Positions 8,673 through 19,096 of a stretch of DNA of 64,000 nt are shown here, piece after piece; the first letter of the stretch is position 1, and each line of letters starts with the position of its first letter. The notes under the pieces were generated by a model. It did not search any database. It was not told where the DNA came from and worked only from the letters and a program-made list of their open reading frames with translations. The position numbers were made by a program, and so were the translations under genes. Source of the stretch: Treponemataceae bacterium (GTDB lineage: Bacteria; Spirochaetota; Spirochaetia; Treponematales; Rectinemataceae); the NCBI GenBank assembly GCA_963677895.2, contig CAXXGJ010000038.1, forward strand, positions 32,001-96,000, read 5' to 3'.

Positions 8673-10869
8673 TACCGTTTCTCCCGGAAAGCGCGGAATC
8701 TTCTCCGTGGATCCGGCAAGAGACAAATTTTTCAGCCTGCACTTTTTCATCAGCCTGGGTTTGGCCGCCTTGTTTCTTTTCTTTCTCGGACCGGGCTCGG
8801 TGGCCGTGAAGCGCAATTTCGAGGGCTTGGCTCCTGGCAGCATCGCGGATAGGGATATCACCGCAGGCAAGGACGTTGTCTATGTCGACGCCGAAGCGAC
8901 GCGCCTAAGGATAGACGCAGAGGAAAGACTTGTCCTTCCCGTCTTCCAGCTCGATACCGGCATCACCAGGAGAATGCTCGATCAATACGATAATTTCTCC
9001 AATAGCTTCAGGGAGCTTATGGACCAGGATATCGCGCTCGATACGGGCATCCTGATGCTTCAGAGCAAGTTTCCCGGAACATTGCCAAGGGATACCCTTC
9101 TCGCTTTGGCAAAATCCTCCCTCAAAGCCCAGGCCCTCGTCTACGCGAAGGATATACTGGGGAGAATACTCGGGGAGGGTGTCTTCTCGCTTCCTACCGA
9201 AGGTTTGAGCCGTTTTAACCAGGATTATTTCGAGCTGCGCCGTCTCGTAAACGACAAAACCGAGCTGGAACAGCGTTCCAGGAATTCCATGGTCACGAAA
9301 AGCGAAATCGGGAGGCTGATCGACGAGGAAATTTCCCTGAAACATCTGGCCCGCCCCCTCTCCGGCATCGTTGAAGGCCTCGTGACAGGCTTCGTGACGG
9401 AGAATGTCTTTTTTGACGAAGCGACCTCCCTTACCCGGCTGCGAAAAGTTGGCGCCAAGGTGGACCCAGTAACCCGCGCCGTCGGCAAGAATGAGCTGCT
9501 GATCCGTAAGGGCGAAATGGTGACCGATGAAAACTTCGCCAGGCTCCAAGCTATCCGCGGCGCCGTATCCCGCTCGGAAATCGGCCTCTCGATGCGGAGT
9601 CTGGGGATGCTTCTGGCTTCCGCGAGCCTTGGATTTTTCCTGCTCAGAAAGAAGGACGCGGATTATGGCGCGGCCGGCACGAACGGCGTACTCATGTGCG
9701 TCTACAGCGCGCTCGTCTTCTACGTAATTGTGCTTCTCGCGAGCCGGACCAGCGCAGGGGGATTCCAGTTCGAAGGAGCCTATCTTATTCCCGTGGCGCT
9801 TTTTACGGGAATCGGCGCGGCTCTCGCCGGGCAGCGCTTCTCTTTTTCTTTCTCCATCGCGCTCGGGATGCTGGCCGCTTCGGCTTCCAACCTGAATCCC
9901 TACTACATTGTTTTTGTCATCTTTTCGGGAATATTCGCTACGTTCATGATCAGCTCGGCCAAGACGAGGATCAACCTTGTGCTGGCCGCGGTCTTCCAGG
10001 CAGGCGTCCAGTTCCTGCTCGCCCTCATCCTGCTTGTTCAGCAGGGATTGAGAATCTCCGAACTTCTATCCCTTTCGGGGTACCTGGCGCTGAACGGGTT
10101 CATCAGCTGCGCCTTCATACTGGCCATCCTCCCCATTTTGGAGCAGTCGTTCAACCTTCCGACGCGATTCCGGCTCCTGGAGCTGTCGGACGTGAATTCG
10201 CCGGCCCTCAAGGAATTGCTCACCCAGGCTCCCGGGACCTATTCGCATTCCATGAATGTCGCCCACCTGGCCGAGGCCGCCGCCGAGGATATAGGCGCCA
10301 ACCCTCTCCTCGCTCGAGTGGGCGCCTACTATCACGACATAGGCAAGATCGAGCAGTCCGAGTATTTCGTCGAAAATCAGCGGGGCGTCAACAAGCACGA
10401 CGATATAAATCCCCGCCTTTCGGCCACGGTGATACGCAGTCATGTGAAGATCGGCGTCGAGAAGGCCAGGAGCCTCAAGCTGCCCAAGGCTGTCGTCGAT
10501 ATCATAGCCCAGCACCACGGCAATTCCGTGATCGCCTGGTTCTACGATAAGGCCAAAAAAGCGGACGATTCCATACGCAAGGAAGATTTTTCCTACCCGG
10601 GCTTCCCGCCGGCCAATAAGGAGTCCGGCATCGTCATGCTTGCCGACGCCGTCGAAGCCTCCACCCGCACCCTCAAGAAACCCTCGGTCCCGCGGCTGGA
10701 CGCCCATGTCCACCAGCTCATACTCGACAAGATACAGGAAGGACAGCTGGACGACTGCGAGCTTACCCTGAGGGACCTCGAAGTCATACGGCATTCCTTC
10801 GTGCGGATAATGGCCGGTCAGTTTCATTCCAGGATCGAATACCCCAAACAGAAGGAACAGGGACAATGA
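8659..10869 (+). CDS. 7TM-HD domain phosphohydrolase (PgpH-like cyclic-di-AMP phosphodiesterase family)
   Basis: N-terminal TM, large extracytoplasmic domain, multi-TM region, APGTYSHS, AYYHDIGK, YFVENQ, QHHG, MLADAVEA, RIEYP; usual position between phoH and ybeY. Confidence 0.88.
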   Translation: MKMNDTVSPGKRGIFSVDPARDKFFSLHFFISLGLAALFLFFLGPGSVAVKRNFEGLAPGSIADRDITAGKDVVYVDAEATRLRIDAEERLVLPVFQLDTGITRRMLDQYDNFSNSFRELMDQDIALDTGILMLQSKFPGTLPRDTLLALAKSSLKAQALVYAKDILGRILGEGVFSLPTEGLSRFNQDYFELRRLVNDKTELEQRSRNSMVTKSEIGRLIDEEISLKHLARPLSGIVEGLVTGFVTENVFFDEATSLTRLRKVGAKVDPVTRAVGKNELLIRKGEMVTDENFARLQAIRGAVSRSEIGLSMRSLGMLLASASLGFFLLRKKDADYGAAGTNGVLMCVYSALVFYVIVLLASRTSAGGFQFEGAYLIPVALFTGIGAALAGQRFSFSFSIALGMLAASASNLNPYYIVFVIFSGIFATFMISSAKTRINLVLAAVFQAGVQFLLALILLVQQGLRISELLSLSGYLALNGFISCAFILAILPILEQSFNLPTRFRLLELSDVNSPALKELLTQAPGTYSHSMNVAHLAEAAAEDIGANPLLARVGAYYHDIGKIEQSEYFVENQRGVNKHDDINPRLSATVIRSHVKIGVEKARSLKLPKAVVDIIAQHHGNSVIAWFYDKAKKADDSIRKEDFSYPGFPPANKESGIVMLADAVEASTRTLKKPSVPRLDAHVHQLILDKIQEGQLDDCELTLRDLEVIRHSFVRIMAGQFHSRIEYPKQKEQGQ

Positions 10870-11318
10870 ACAAGATCAGCCTTGATTGGCGCGACATAGA
10901 GGAACCTTCGTGGCTCGGGAAAGCCGAAGCGTTCGCGCTCCGGGCCCTCGCGTCCATCGGGAAGGACAACTGGGTGCTATCGCTTCTTTTTTGCGGCGAT
11001 GATTTCATAAGAACGCTGAACCGCGACTACAGGAACAAGGACGAAGCTACGGATGTTCTTTCTTTCTCGATGGGCGACAGCATCGAGGAAGAGGGCAACA
11101 CTATTTTTATCGCGGGAGACATTGTCATCAGCATCCCCTCTCTCGCGAGAAACGCCGAAGAATTCAATGTCAGCCGGGACGAGGAGCTGAAAAGACTTAT
11201 AATCCATGGTATTCTGCATCTGTCAGGCATGGATCACGAAGACAACAGCCCGCTCCAGCCGATGCTGGCGGAGCAGGAAGCCATATTGAAAACAGTCCAG
11301 GGAGAACGAATACTGTGA
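10866..11318 (+). CDS. ybeY: rRNA maturation endoribonuclease YbeY
   Basis: LNRDYRNKDEATDVLSF, GDIVIS, HGILHLSGMDH. Confidence 0.97.
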   Translation: MNKISLDWRDIEEPSWLGKAEAFALRALASIGKDNWVLSLLFCGDDFIRTLNRDYRNKDEATDVLSFSMGDSIEEEGNTIFIAGDIVISIPSLARNAEEFNVSRDEELKRLIIHGILHLSGMDHEDNSPLQPMLAEQEAILKTVQGERIL

Positions 11319-12118
11319 GTCCCTTTCTTAGCCTATTCGGAAAGAAAAGCCAGGAGCCCAGAAAAAGCGACGAGCCCGAGGCCATAGAACAGATGGAAAT
11401 GATCGAAGGGGTTGAACAGCTCTCGGAAACCACGGTTAAGGAAGTGATGGTTCCGCGCACGGACACGGTGTTCATCGCCACGGACGCCGCGTTGAGCGAG
11501 GTTTTCGATACGCTGATCGAATCCGGCCACTCGCGCATTCCCGTCTACAAAGAGTCGATAGACAATGTCGTCGGAATACTCTACGCCAAGGATGTCATGG
11601 CCGCCCTCATCCATAAACAGGACATCAATATTCTCGCCTTGACGCGCAAACCCTTTTTCGTGCCCGAAACAAAGCGAATCGACAGCCTCCTGCGGGAATT
11701 CAAGCGAAGAAGAGTGCATATCGCCGTCGTCCTGGACGAATACGGCGGGACTTCGGGCATTGTCTGCATGGAGGATATCATCGAGGAGATCGTCGGCGAG
11801 ATACAGGATGAATACGACGACGAAGCCGAGGATATCATCCAGGTGGGGCCGCAGACATGGCTCTGCGACGCGCGCGTTCATCTCGACGAGGTCAGCGAGA
11901 AGATTGGCATCGACCTTTCCGAGCAGGAATTCGACAGTCTCGCCGGTTATGTTTTCGATCTTTTCGGCCGAATACCGACCGAGAACGAAAGCATAGCGAC
12001 GGAAGCGGCGATCTTTACCATTCAGACGATGGAAACGTACAGGATCCTTTCCGTCAAAATCGAAAAGTCCCAAAAGGCCGATGAGGAAACCGAGAAGAGC
12101 GTTGAGCCTGGGCAATGA
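11315..12118 (+). CDS. CBS-pair/CorC-HlyC domain protein (YbeX/CorC-like, no TM domain)
   Basis: VKEVMVPRTD, SGHSRIPVY, VLDEYGGTSG, EDIIEEIVGEIQDEYD. Confidence 0.9.
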   Translation: MSPFLSLFGKKSQEPRKSDEPEAIEQMEMIEGVEQLSETTVKEVMVPRTDTVFIATDAALSEVFDTLIESGHSRIPVYKESIDNVVGILYAKDVMAALIHKQDINILALTRKPFFVPETKRIDSLLREFKRRRVHIAVVLDEYGGTSGIVCMEDIIEEIVGEIQDEYDDEAEDIIQVGPQTWLCDARVHLDEVSEKIGIDLSEQEFDSLAGYVFDLFGRIPTENESIATEAAIFTIQTMETYRILSVKIEKSQKADEETEKSVEPGQ

Positions 12119-12195
12119 ACTAATATATGAAAAACCTGCATATTCATTCATAAATGTTTCAATATTTAAAACATCGTTTCAAGATGTAATTTTAC

Positions 12196-12224
12196 TTGCC
12201 GGAATCGATAACCCGGTATAGAAT
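12196..12224 (+). promoter_or_regulatory. Putative sigma70 promoter of gdhA
   Basis: TTGCCG-17-TAGAAT with AT-rich upstream region. Confidence 0.6.
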
Positions 12225-12286
12225 AAAACCGCTGACACATCACCAGCGATATGAAAATTTCCCCAAAAACCCACAAGGAGGGTCGA

Positions 12287-13633
12287 ATGAATTCCTACAT
12301 AAAACAAGTTCTCGATGACCTGCGCGCACGTTGTCCTTGGGAAACCGAATTTCTCCAGGCTGCCGAAGAAGTCCTCGAGTCCATCGCTCCGGTCATCGAA
12401 GCTGAGCCGAAATACAAGGCCCAGAAGATCCTCGAGAGGATCGTCGAGCCCGAGCGAACCATTATGTTCAGGGTTCCCTGGGTTGACGACAAGGGCGAAT
12501 ACCATATCAACCGCGGCTACAGAGTCCAGTTCAACTCCGCGATCGGCCCCTACAAGGGCGGCCTTCGCTTCCATCCGAAAGTCACGCTATCCACGCTCAA
12601 GTTCCTCGGTTTCGAGCAGACCTTCAAGAACAGCCTCACCGGCCTTCCCATGGGCGGCGGCAAGGGCGGCTCCGACTTCGATCCGAACGGCAAGAGCGAT
12701 AACGAAATCATGCGTTTCTGCCAGAGTTTCATGACCGAACTCTTCCGCCATATCGGCCCGGACACCGACGTTCCGGCCGGTGACATCGGCGTCGGCGGCA
12801 GGGAAGTGGGATATCTCTTCGGCCAGTACAAGAGACTCGCCAACGAGTTCACGGGCGTTCTCACCGGCAAAGGCATGTCCTTCGGCGGATCACTCGTCCG
12901 TCCCGAAGCCACCGGTTTCGGCGCCACCTATTTCCTCAAGGAAATGCTCAAGCTCAAGAACGACAGCATCGCGGGCAAGACCATCGCCGTTTCCGGTTTC
13001 GGCAACGTGGCATGGGGCGTCTGCGTGAAAGCCAGCCAGCTCGGCGCCAAGGTAGTGACCATCTCCGGCCCCGACGGCTATATCTTCGATCCCGACGGCA
13101 TCGGCACCGAGGAAAAGTGGGACTATCTCAAGGAAATGCTCGTTATCGACAGGAATAAGTGCGAAACCTACGCGAAAAAATTCCCCAAAGCCAAGTTCGT
13201 CGCCGGCAAGAAACCCTGGGTACAGAAGGTCGACATCGCCATGCCCTGCGCCATCCAGAACGAGATGAACGGCGAGGACGCGAAGCTCCTGATCGCCAAC
13301 GGTGTCATGACCGTCGTCGAAGTGAGCAATATGGGTTGCACTCCCGAAGCCTGGAAGCTCTATGTCGAGAAAAAGATTCCCTTCGCTCCCGGCAAAGCCG
13401 CGAACGCGGGCGGCGTCGCGACTTCAGGCATCGAGATGACCCAGAACTCCATGAGACTCAACTGGACGGCTGAAGAGGTGGACGATAAACTCCATGCCAT
13501 CATGGTCCAAATCCACAAGACCTGCGCGGAAACGGCGGCCAGGTATGGTTTCGACGGCAACTATGTCGTCGGCGCCAACATCGCCGGATTCCAGAAAGTC
13601 GCCGAGGCGATGCTCGCCCAGGGTCTCGTCTGA
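12287..13633 (+). CDS. gdhA: NAD(P)-specific glutamate dehydrogenase (hexameric GdhA type)
   Basis: GPYKGGLRFHP, LPMGGGKGGSDF, DVPAGDIGVG, RPEATG, GFGNVA, PGKAANAGGV; SD AAGGAGGG; 448 aa. Confidence 0.97.
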   Translation: MNSYIKQVLDDLRARCPWETEFLQAAEEVLESIAPVIEAEPKYKAQKILERIVEPERTIMFRVPWVDDKGEYHINRGYRVQFNSAIGPYKGGLRFHPKVTLSTLKFLGFEQTFKNSLTGLPMGGGKGGSDFDPNGKSDNEIMRFCQSFMTELFRHIGPDTDVPAGDIGVGGREVGYLFGQYKRLANEFTGVLTGKGMSFGGSLVRPEATGFGATYFLKEMLKLKNDSIAGKTIAVSGFGNVAWGVCVKASQLGAKVVTISGPDGYIFDPDGIGTEEKWDYLKEMLVIDRNKCETYAKKFPKAKFVAGKKPWVQKVDIAMPCAIQNEMNGEDAKLLIANGVMTVVEVSNMGCTPEAWKLYVEKKIPFAPGKAANAGGVATSGIEMTQNSMRLNWTAEEVDDKLHAIMVQIHKTCAETAARYGFDGNYVVGANIAGFQKVAEAMLAQGLV

Positions 13634-13691
13634 TTCCATCGAGGATGCTTTCCGCGGAATAAGGCGGAAAAATCCGATTTCGAAATTGAAG

Positions 13692-13726
13692 GAGCCGGTC
13701 GCGAAAAGCGATCGGCTCTTTTTTTT
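13692..13726 (+). terminator. Intrinsic terminator of gdhA
   Basis: GAGCCGGTCGC-GAAAA-GCGATCGGCTC followed by T8. Confidence 0.88.
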
Positions 13727-13832
13727 ACGCTTCGACGGAGCGGGAATGCATAAATGTCCGATGATCTGGTATAGTGATTGGAGATGGGCGACTTAACGAT
13801 ACTATATATGACCGTGAGGGGAACATAATCCG

Positions 13833-15110
13833 ATGATACGCCGCTGCGAAAAGAAGACTATTTCCGGAATTATCGACGCCCCGGCGTCGAAGAGTTCGAT
13901 GCAGAGAGCCGTGGCATGCGCCATGCTGTCCCAGGGAAGGAGCATCCTGCGAAACGCCGAACTCTGCGCCGATTCTGAATCAGCGCTGCGCCTGGCGCGG
14001 GCTATGGGCGCTTCGGTCCGGATCGACGGAATCGGTGTTTCGATCAAAGGCTCGCCGCTTTTTGCCGATGGTTCCGGAAAGGCCGCTCCTGGCGAGCTGG
14101 AACTGGACTGCGGGGAATCGGGACTCTGCATGCGCATGTTCTCGCCGATAGCGGCGCTCCTGGGCTCCGCCACGAAGCTGAGCGGGCGAGGGTCCCTCGC
14201 CGGCAGGCCCATGGGAATGGTGGAAGGCCCCTTGAAGGCGCTGGGCGTCGAATGCGCGAGCTCTAGCGGCCATGCCCCGCTTCTTATCAAGGGACCGCTC
14301 GCGGGCGGAAAAGCGGAAATAGACGCCGGCGAAAGTTCCCAGCTCCTCACGGGGCTTCTCATCGCCCTCCCGCTCGCGCAGCGCGATTCCGAGCTGGAAG
14401 TCCTGCATGCCGTGAGCAAAGGCTATCTCGACCTCACCATCGATACCTGCGCGGCCTTCGGCGTCAGAATTGAAAGAAATGAGGATTATTCCAGGTTTTG
14501 GATGAAGGGAGGACAAAGCTACAAGCCTGCCGAATTTACGGTGGAAGGCGACTGGAGCGGCGCGGCTTTCCTCATAGTAGCCGCGGCCATCGCGGCCGGG
14601 GAATCGGGACTCGCGATCAGGGGGCTGCGGCTGGATTCGAGTCAGCCCGACAAGGCGGTCGTGGATGCCGCGAGGGCCGCGGGCGCGTCGCTCGCGATGG
14701 AAGACAATGTCTTGACCCTTCGCCGCGAGCGCCTCGATGCCTTTGAGTTCGACGCAACCGATTGTCCCGACCTTTTTCCGCCCCTGGTTGCCTTAGCCTC
14801 CGCGTGCGGCGGCACTTCGGTCCTTCATGGCATCCATAGGCTACGCGGCAAGGAAAGCGACAGAGCGGCGAGCCTTAAGGCAATGTTTGACGCCCTTGGA
14901 GTTCCCGTGCGTCTGGAAGGAGATTCGATGGTGGTGGAAGGCGGGGAGACCCAAGGCGGAGAAGTCCATGCCTTCGGAGATCATCGCCTGGCGATGGCGG
15001 CCGCCGTCGCCGCCCTTGGGGCCAAGGGCGGCATCGAAATCCATGGAAGCGAATGCGTCTCCAAGTCCTGGCCGGATTTCTTCGAAGACCTGTCCTCGAT
15101 CAGCGTCTAG
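13833..15110 (+). CDS. aroA: 3-phosphoshikimate 1-carboxyvinyltransferase (EPSP synthase)
   Basis: PASKS..QR, DCGESG, SSQLLTGLL, VEGDWS, LRGKESDR, DHRLAM, VSKSWPDF. Confidence 0.95.
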   Translation: MIRRCEKKTISGIIDAPASKSSMQRAVACAMLSQGRSILRNAELCADSESALRLARAMGASVRIDGIGVSIKGSPLFADGSGKAAPGELELDCGESGLCMRMFSPIAALLGSATKLSGRGSLAGRPMGMVEGPLKALGVECASSSGHAPLLIKGPLAGGKAEIDAGESSQLLTGLLIALPLAQRDSELEVLHAVSKGYLDLTIDTCAAFGVRIERNEDYSRFWMKGGQSYKPAEFTVEGDWSGAAFLIVAAAIAAGESGLAIRGLRLDSSQPDKAVVDAARAAGASLAMEDNVLTLRRERLDAFEFDATDCPDLFPPLVALASACGGTSVLHGIHRLRGKESDRAASLKAMFDALGVPVRLEGDSMVVEGGETQGGEVHAFGDHRLAMAAAVAALGAKGGIEIHGSECVSKSWPDFFEDLSSISV

Positions 15111-15883
15111 TCGGCGATGTTCGTGCGGAGCGTATCGAGGAACTTTTTCATTTCCTCGTAATCGCGCTGGCGGATGATATGCGACAGGTAGGCGAGCTTT
15201 GAATTGATGAGTTCGATTTGGCGGATCGTGTAATTGTTGAACATGATTTCCGTCAGGAGTCTGTCGTCTTCCGAGAGAAGTCCTTTCGCTATTGTCATAT
15301 GACGCTTGAAATTGGTGCCGGGAGCGTCCTGTTTTTTCATGCATGCCGCGAACACCATGGTGGAGGCGAAGGGCGTAGCGAGGGAATACGCTACTGTCTT
15401 GTCGTGTTCCTCGAAGCTATAGTCGAAGATGCGAATTTTAAGCGAAGCGTAGAGCTCCCTGAAAAAAGCTTTGCCTGCTTCGCAGGATTCCGAGATGATT
15501 ATAGCGCTTTCATCGTGGAGATCGCGGATATTGGCGCCCGTCGGTCCGAACATGGGGTGGCTCGAGACGAAGGGTCTGCCCAGCTTTTCATAGTAATCCT
15601 TGAGATCTCCCTTGACCGAGGCGATGTCCGCCAGAATACAGCTTTCGGGAATATGGGGAATGACGGCATCGAAGGCTTCGGTCGTCCCGCCAAGCGCGAC
15701 GCAGTTGATGAAGAGTTCGGGTTTTACCGCGTCGAGTTCGCCCAGATCCAGGATTCTGTTGACTTTCATGAAATACTTCATCTTCAGCGGATCGGCATCG
15801 TGCACCCATACTTCGTGATTCCAGCAAAGCTCCTCGCTCAGCCAGGCTCCCATCCTGCCTGTTCCCAGAATGAAAATTTTCAT
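15107..15883 (-). CDS. tyrA: Prephenate/arogenate dehydrogenase
   Basis: Rossmann GTGRMG, DIASVK, SHPMFGP, EEHD; start taken at ATG 15883 just after the pheA stop. Confidence 0.9.
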   Translation of the reverse strand: MKIFILGTGRMGAWLSEELCWNHEVWVHDADPLKMKYFMKVNRILDLGELDAVKPELFINCVALGGTTEAFDAVIPHIPESCILADIASVKGDLKDYYEKLGRPFVSSHPMFGPTGANIRDLHDESAIIISESCEAGKAFFRELYASLKIRIFDYSFEEHDKTVAYSLATPFASTMVFAACMKKQDAPGTNFKRHMTIAKGLLSEDDRLLTEIMFNNYTIRQIELINSKLAYLSHIIRQRDYEEMKKFLDTLRTNIAD

Positions 15884-15884
15884 G

Positions 15885-16937
15885 CTAGAGCCTCGTTTCC
15901 TTGTAGCAGCCCAGTACCTTGAAGTCTTCTGCCGACCCCGAGACTCTTTTGATTGCCTCAGCGACTTTAGCGTTCCTGCTGGAACCTTCAAAATCGATGA
16001 ATATGGCGTATTTGCCAGGCGTATCCGGTACCGACTCGATTCTTGTCAGGTTGATGGACGCGTCCGCGAAGACCTTGAGCACCGAGAAGAGTGAGCCGGC
16101 CTTGTCGCCAGCCGTGAAGACAGCTGAACATTTATCGCCGTCTTCGGCCGAATCTTCCAGGGCAAGCACGAAGAAACGGGTTCTATTGTTGACGGAATCC
16201 TGTATGTCTTCCTTGATGATCTCGAGGCCGTAGAGGTCGGCGCAGAACTTGCTTGCTATCGCGGCCACGCCTTTGGGTCTCGTCTCGGCTATCGCCTTCG
16301 CGGCCCCGGCCGTGTCGTAGTACTGGATCGGTTCGAGGTTGTTGCGAGCGATGAAATTCCTGCACTGGGCGAGAGCCTGGGAGTGCGACCACACGTGGCG
16401 GAGCTCTCTGTGGTCGGCGCCGGGAATGCAGAGGAGGCTGTGCTTTACGGGCATATCGATGGCGGCGATGATCTTGAGATTGGTGTAGATGAGGATGGAA
16501 TTTACCGGTCCCACAAGACCGCCTAGGGTATTTTCGACAGGGACTATTCCATAGTCGAAAAGACCCGACGCCACCGATTCGAATACGTCGCTGAATTCCC
16601 TGCAGGGCATCATCGCGCTCTGGGGCATGAGAGCCCTGGCGGCGACCTCGCTGTAGGCGCCGTGTTCTCCCTGGAATCCCAGCGTCTTGAAATTCATCGA
16701 TTGAAGGCGTTTGCTCTCCGACATTATGAATGAATAGATATCGACCGAGAACTTGGGTTCGACGAGACAGTGGCTCGAACGCCGGATCTTGTCGAGAACG
16801 GCGTCCTCGCGCGATTTGTCCACGATGCCGGTCTTGAATTTCTTGGTGAGCATCGCCTTTTCCATTCTTTCATTGAGCAGGGAAAGGATTTTCGCATCGA
16901 TCTTGTCGATGTCGAGACGCAGATCGTCTAGTGTCAT
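15885..16937 (-). CDS. pheA: Chorismate mutase / prephenate dehydratase (P-protein)
   Basis: AroQ domain LR..IDKID..LLNER; FQGEHGAYS, PVEN, SHSQALAQC, NRTRF, ACT domain NLTRIESVP; SD GGAGGA. Confidence 0.95.
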   Translation of the reverse strand: MTLDDLRLDIDKIDAKILSLLNERMEKAMLTKKFKTGIVDKSREDAVLDKIRRSSHCLVEPKFSVDIYSFIMSESKRLQSMNFKTLGFQGEHGAYSEVAARALMPQSAMMPCREFSDVFESVASGLFDYGIVPVENTLGGLVGPVNSILIYTNLKIIAAIDMPVKHSLLCIPGADHRELRHVWSHSQALAQCRNFIARNNLEPIQYYDTAGAAKAIAETRPKGVAAIASKFCADLYGLEIIKEDIQDSVNNRTRFFVLALEDSAEDGDKCSAVFTAGDKAGSLFSVLKVFADASINLTRIESVPDTPGKYAIFIDFEGSSRNAKVAEAIKRVSGSAEDFKVLGCYKETRL

Positions 16938-17947
16938 ATATTCCTCCGGTCTTTTTCGCTTATTCTGGGGGCGCTGGCGGCCGCGGCCAGGGAGAGATCG
17001 GCCAGGGCAATGGCGATGGCCGCTTCGATGACAACGGCACTCCGCAGCGCGATGCAAGCGTCGTGACGGCCTTCGACGACGAGTTCCGTCATGCGGCCCT
17101 GTTCGAAGTCGAACGTCTTCTGCGGCGCTGCTATCGAGGAAGTGGGCTTTACGGCCGCTCGCACTACCAGCTCATTGCCGTTGGTTATGCCGCCGTTAAT
17201 GCCTCCCGATCCATTTCTGAGCGTCGTGCCATTCGCGTCGACAAAGGGATCATTGTGCGCGCTTCCACGCATGGCCGCGGCGGCGAATCCGTCGCCGAAT
17301 TCCACGCCGCGGATGCCGGGCACCGCGAATATCGCGTGTGCTATGAGGCTTTCGCAGGCATCGAAAAAGGGCTCGCCAAGGCCTACCGGCAGACCGGAGA
17401 CCCTGGTTTCGACGACGGCTCCGACGGAGTCGTCCTGCGAGGCGGCCTCCGCGACGCAGGATTCAATGTCTTGCCTGCCTCCGGCTGAGAGGATTTTTGT
17501 TGTGAAGACGGCAGTACCCAGGACTTTCTTGGCTATGACGCCCGCCGCCACGAGGCCCGCGGTGATGCGGCCGGAAAAATGTCCGGAGCCGCGGGGGTCG
17601 GCAAATCCTCCATACTTGTGCCGGGAGGTGAAATCGGCGTGACCTGGCCTCGGAACGGCCTCGAAAAGTTCGTAATCCTTTGAGCGCGTATCCTCGTTGG
17701 GAAAGGAAAGGCAGATAGGCGAACCTGAACTATGGCCTTCGTAGATGCCGGAGAGAATGCGGGGGACGTCCTGTTCCCTTCTCGGCGTGGTGCCCGCGAG
17801 TCCCGAGCGCCGTCGGGATAAATCAGCCTCGAAATCCTCCTCGGAGAGCGAAATCCCGGCTGGGCAGCCGTCAATTATGGCGCCTATTTCCCTGCCGTGC
17901 GATTCCCCGAAAAGCTCGACCCTGAAAATTCTTCCGAATCTATTCAT
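16934..17947 (-). CDS. aroC: Chorismate synthase
   Basis: GESHG, PRPGHAD, SGRITA, GGINGGITNG, KPTSSI, GRHDACI. Confidence 0.97.
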   Translation of the reverse strand: MNRFGRIFRVELFGESHGREIGAIIDGCPAGISLSEEDFEADLSRRRSGLAGTTPRREQDVPRILSGIYEGHSSGSPICLSFPNEDTRSKDYELFEAVPRPGHADFTSRHKYGGFADPRGSGHFSGRITAGLVAAGVIAKKVLGTAVFTTKILSAGGRQDIESCVAEAASQDDSVGAVVETRVSGLPVGLGEPFFDACESLIAHAIFAVPGIRGVEFGDGFAAAAMRGSAHNDPFVDANGTTLRNGSGGINGGITNGNELVVRAAVKPTSSIAAPQKTFDFEQGRMTELVVEGRHDACIALRSAVVIEAAIAIALADLSLAAAASAPRISEKDRRNI

Positions 17948-19086
17948 GGCGTCACCTCGTCCAGAAAAGCCTTGAGTTCATCGATTTCAATTTTTTCTAC
18001 CTTGACGACACCGATATCCTGAGGGATTACGAGGTTCATGTAGCCGCCCTCCCGCTTTTTGTCCATAAAAAGCGCGTCCGCCACGCTTCCCCAATAATCT
18101 TTTCTCGCGTTCGGTCTCGAACCGGCGGGGACGATTCTTCCCGCTTCGAAGGCGAGAGCTCCCGGATCGACGGGAAGTCCATAGCCGCCGAGGAGGTTCA
18201 GGATGCGCCGCGCGACAACAGGTTTCATTTCGTTCCGCTTTAATGAAAAAAAACAGGCGAGGGCGATGCCGATCGATACCGCGTAACCGTGCGGGAGGCC
18301 TGATACGAGCTCTACGGCATGGCCGAAGGTGTGTCCGAGGTTCAGTATCCTGCGTTCCCCCGATTCCTTCGGGTCTCTTTCGACGATGGAAAGCTTGACA
18401 CGTTGGGACTCGGAAACCATATGCAGGAGCAGGGAAGATGGACAAGCGGCATGATCGAAGCATGGGGAACCGACTCCGTCGTCCCCCATCTTGGCGCTGG
18501 TTCCCTCTTTCTTGGGGGGAAGAGCTTTTTCGAGGAAGGAAAAGTAATTTTCTCCGTCTATGATGGCGTGCTTTATCACTTCCGCCATGCCCGAAGCGAA
18601 CTGTTGCGCGTCGAGCGTTCTCAGCGTTTCTATATCGCAGAAAATGGCGTTGGGGAGTTGGAAGGATCCCACGACATTCTTGTAGCCCTTGAAGTCCAGG
18701 CCATTCTTTCCGCCAAGAGCCGCGTCGGTCATGGCCAGAAGGGTGGTGGGAACGACGGAGAATCCTATTCCGCGCATCCAAGTGTGGGCGAGGAATCCCG
18801 CGATATCGCTCACGCTGCCCCCACCGATCGCGAGGATGTTCCAGTTCCGATCCACCTCAAGGTCGGCGCAGTATCCGTAAAGCTCCAAAAGCGTTTCCCA
18901 GGATTTCGCGGCTTCGCCTTCGGGAATGAGGGCAAAGCGACAATCCGGGAAGGACGATCCGAAAAGGGAATGTATCTTTCGGTCGGTGACGATCAGGGTT
19001 TTTGATTTATCGATGGACAGGCCTATTTGGTCAATGCCGCGGAAAGAGATGGTATCGAGCATCGCTTTTTTTTGGGGTTTGTCCAC
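17944..19086 (-). CDS. aroB: 3-dehydroquinate synthase
   Basis: GEAAKS, IGGGSVSD, PTTLLAMTDAALGGKNG, AEVIKH, LNLGHTFGHA, HGYAV, DKK; start is GTG 19086 (AAGGA upstream) or ATG 19062. Confidence 0.93.
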   Translation of the reverse strand: MDKPQKKAMLDTISFRGIDQIGLSIDKSKTLIVTDRKIHSLFGSSFPDCRFALIPEGEAAKSWETLLELYGYCADLEVDRNWNILAIGGGSVSDIAGFLAHTWMRGIGFSVVPTTLLAMTDAALGGKNGLDFKGYKNVVGSFQLPNAIFCDIETLRTLDAQQFASGMAEVIKHAIIDGENYFSFLEKALPPKKEGTSAKMGDDGVGSPCFDHAACPSSLLLHMVSESQRVKLSIVERDPKESGERRILNLGHTFGHAVELVSGLPHGYAVSIGIALACFFSLKRNEMKPVVARRILNLLGGYGLPVDPGALAFEAGRIVPAGSRPNARKDYWGSVADALFMDKKREGGYMNLVIPQDIGVVKVEKIEIDELKAFLDEVTP

Positions 19087-19096
19087 GGGAAATCCT

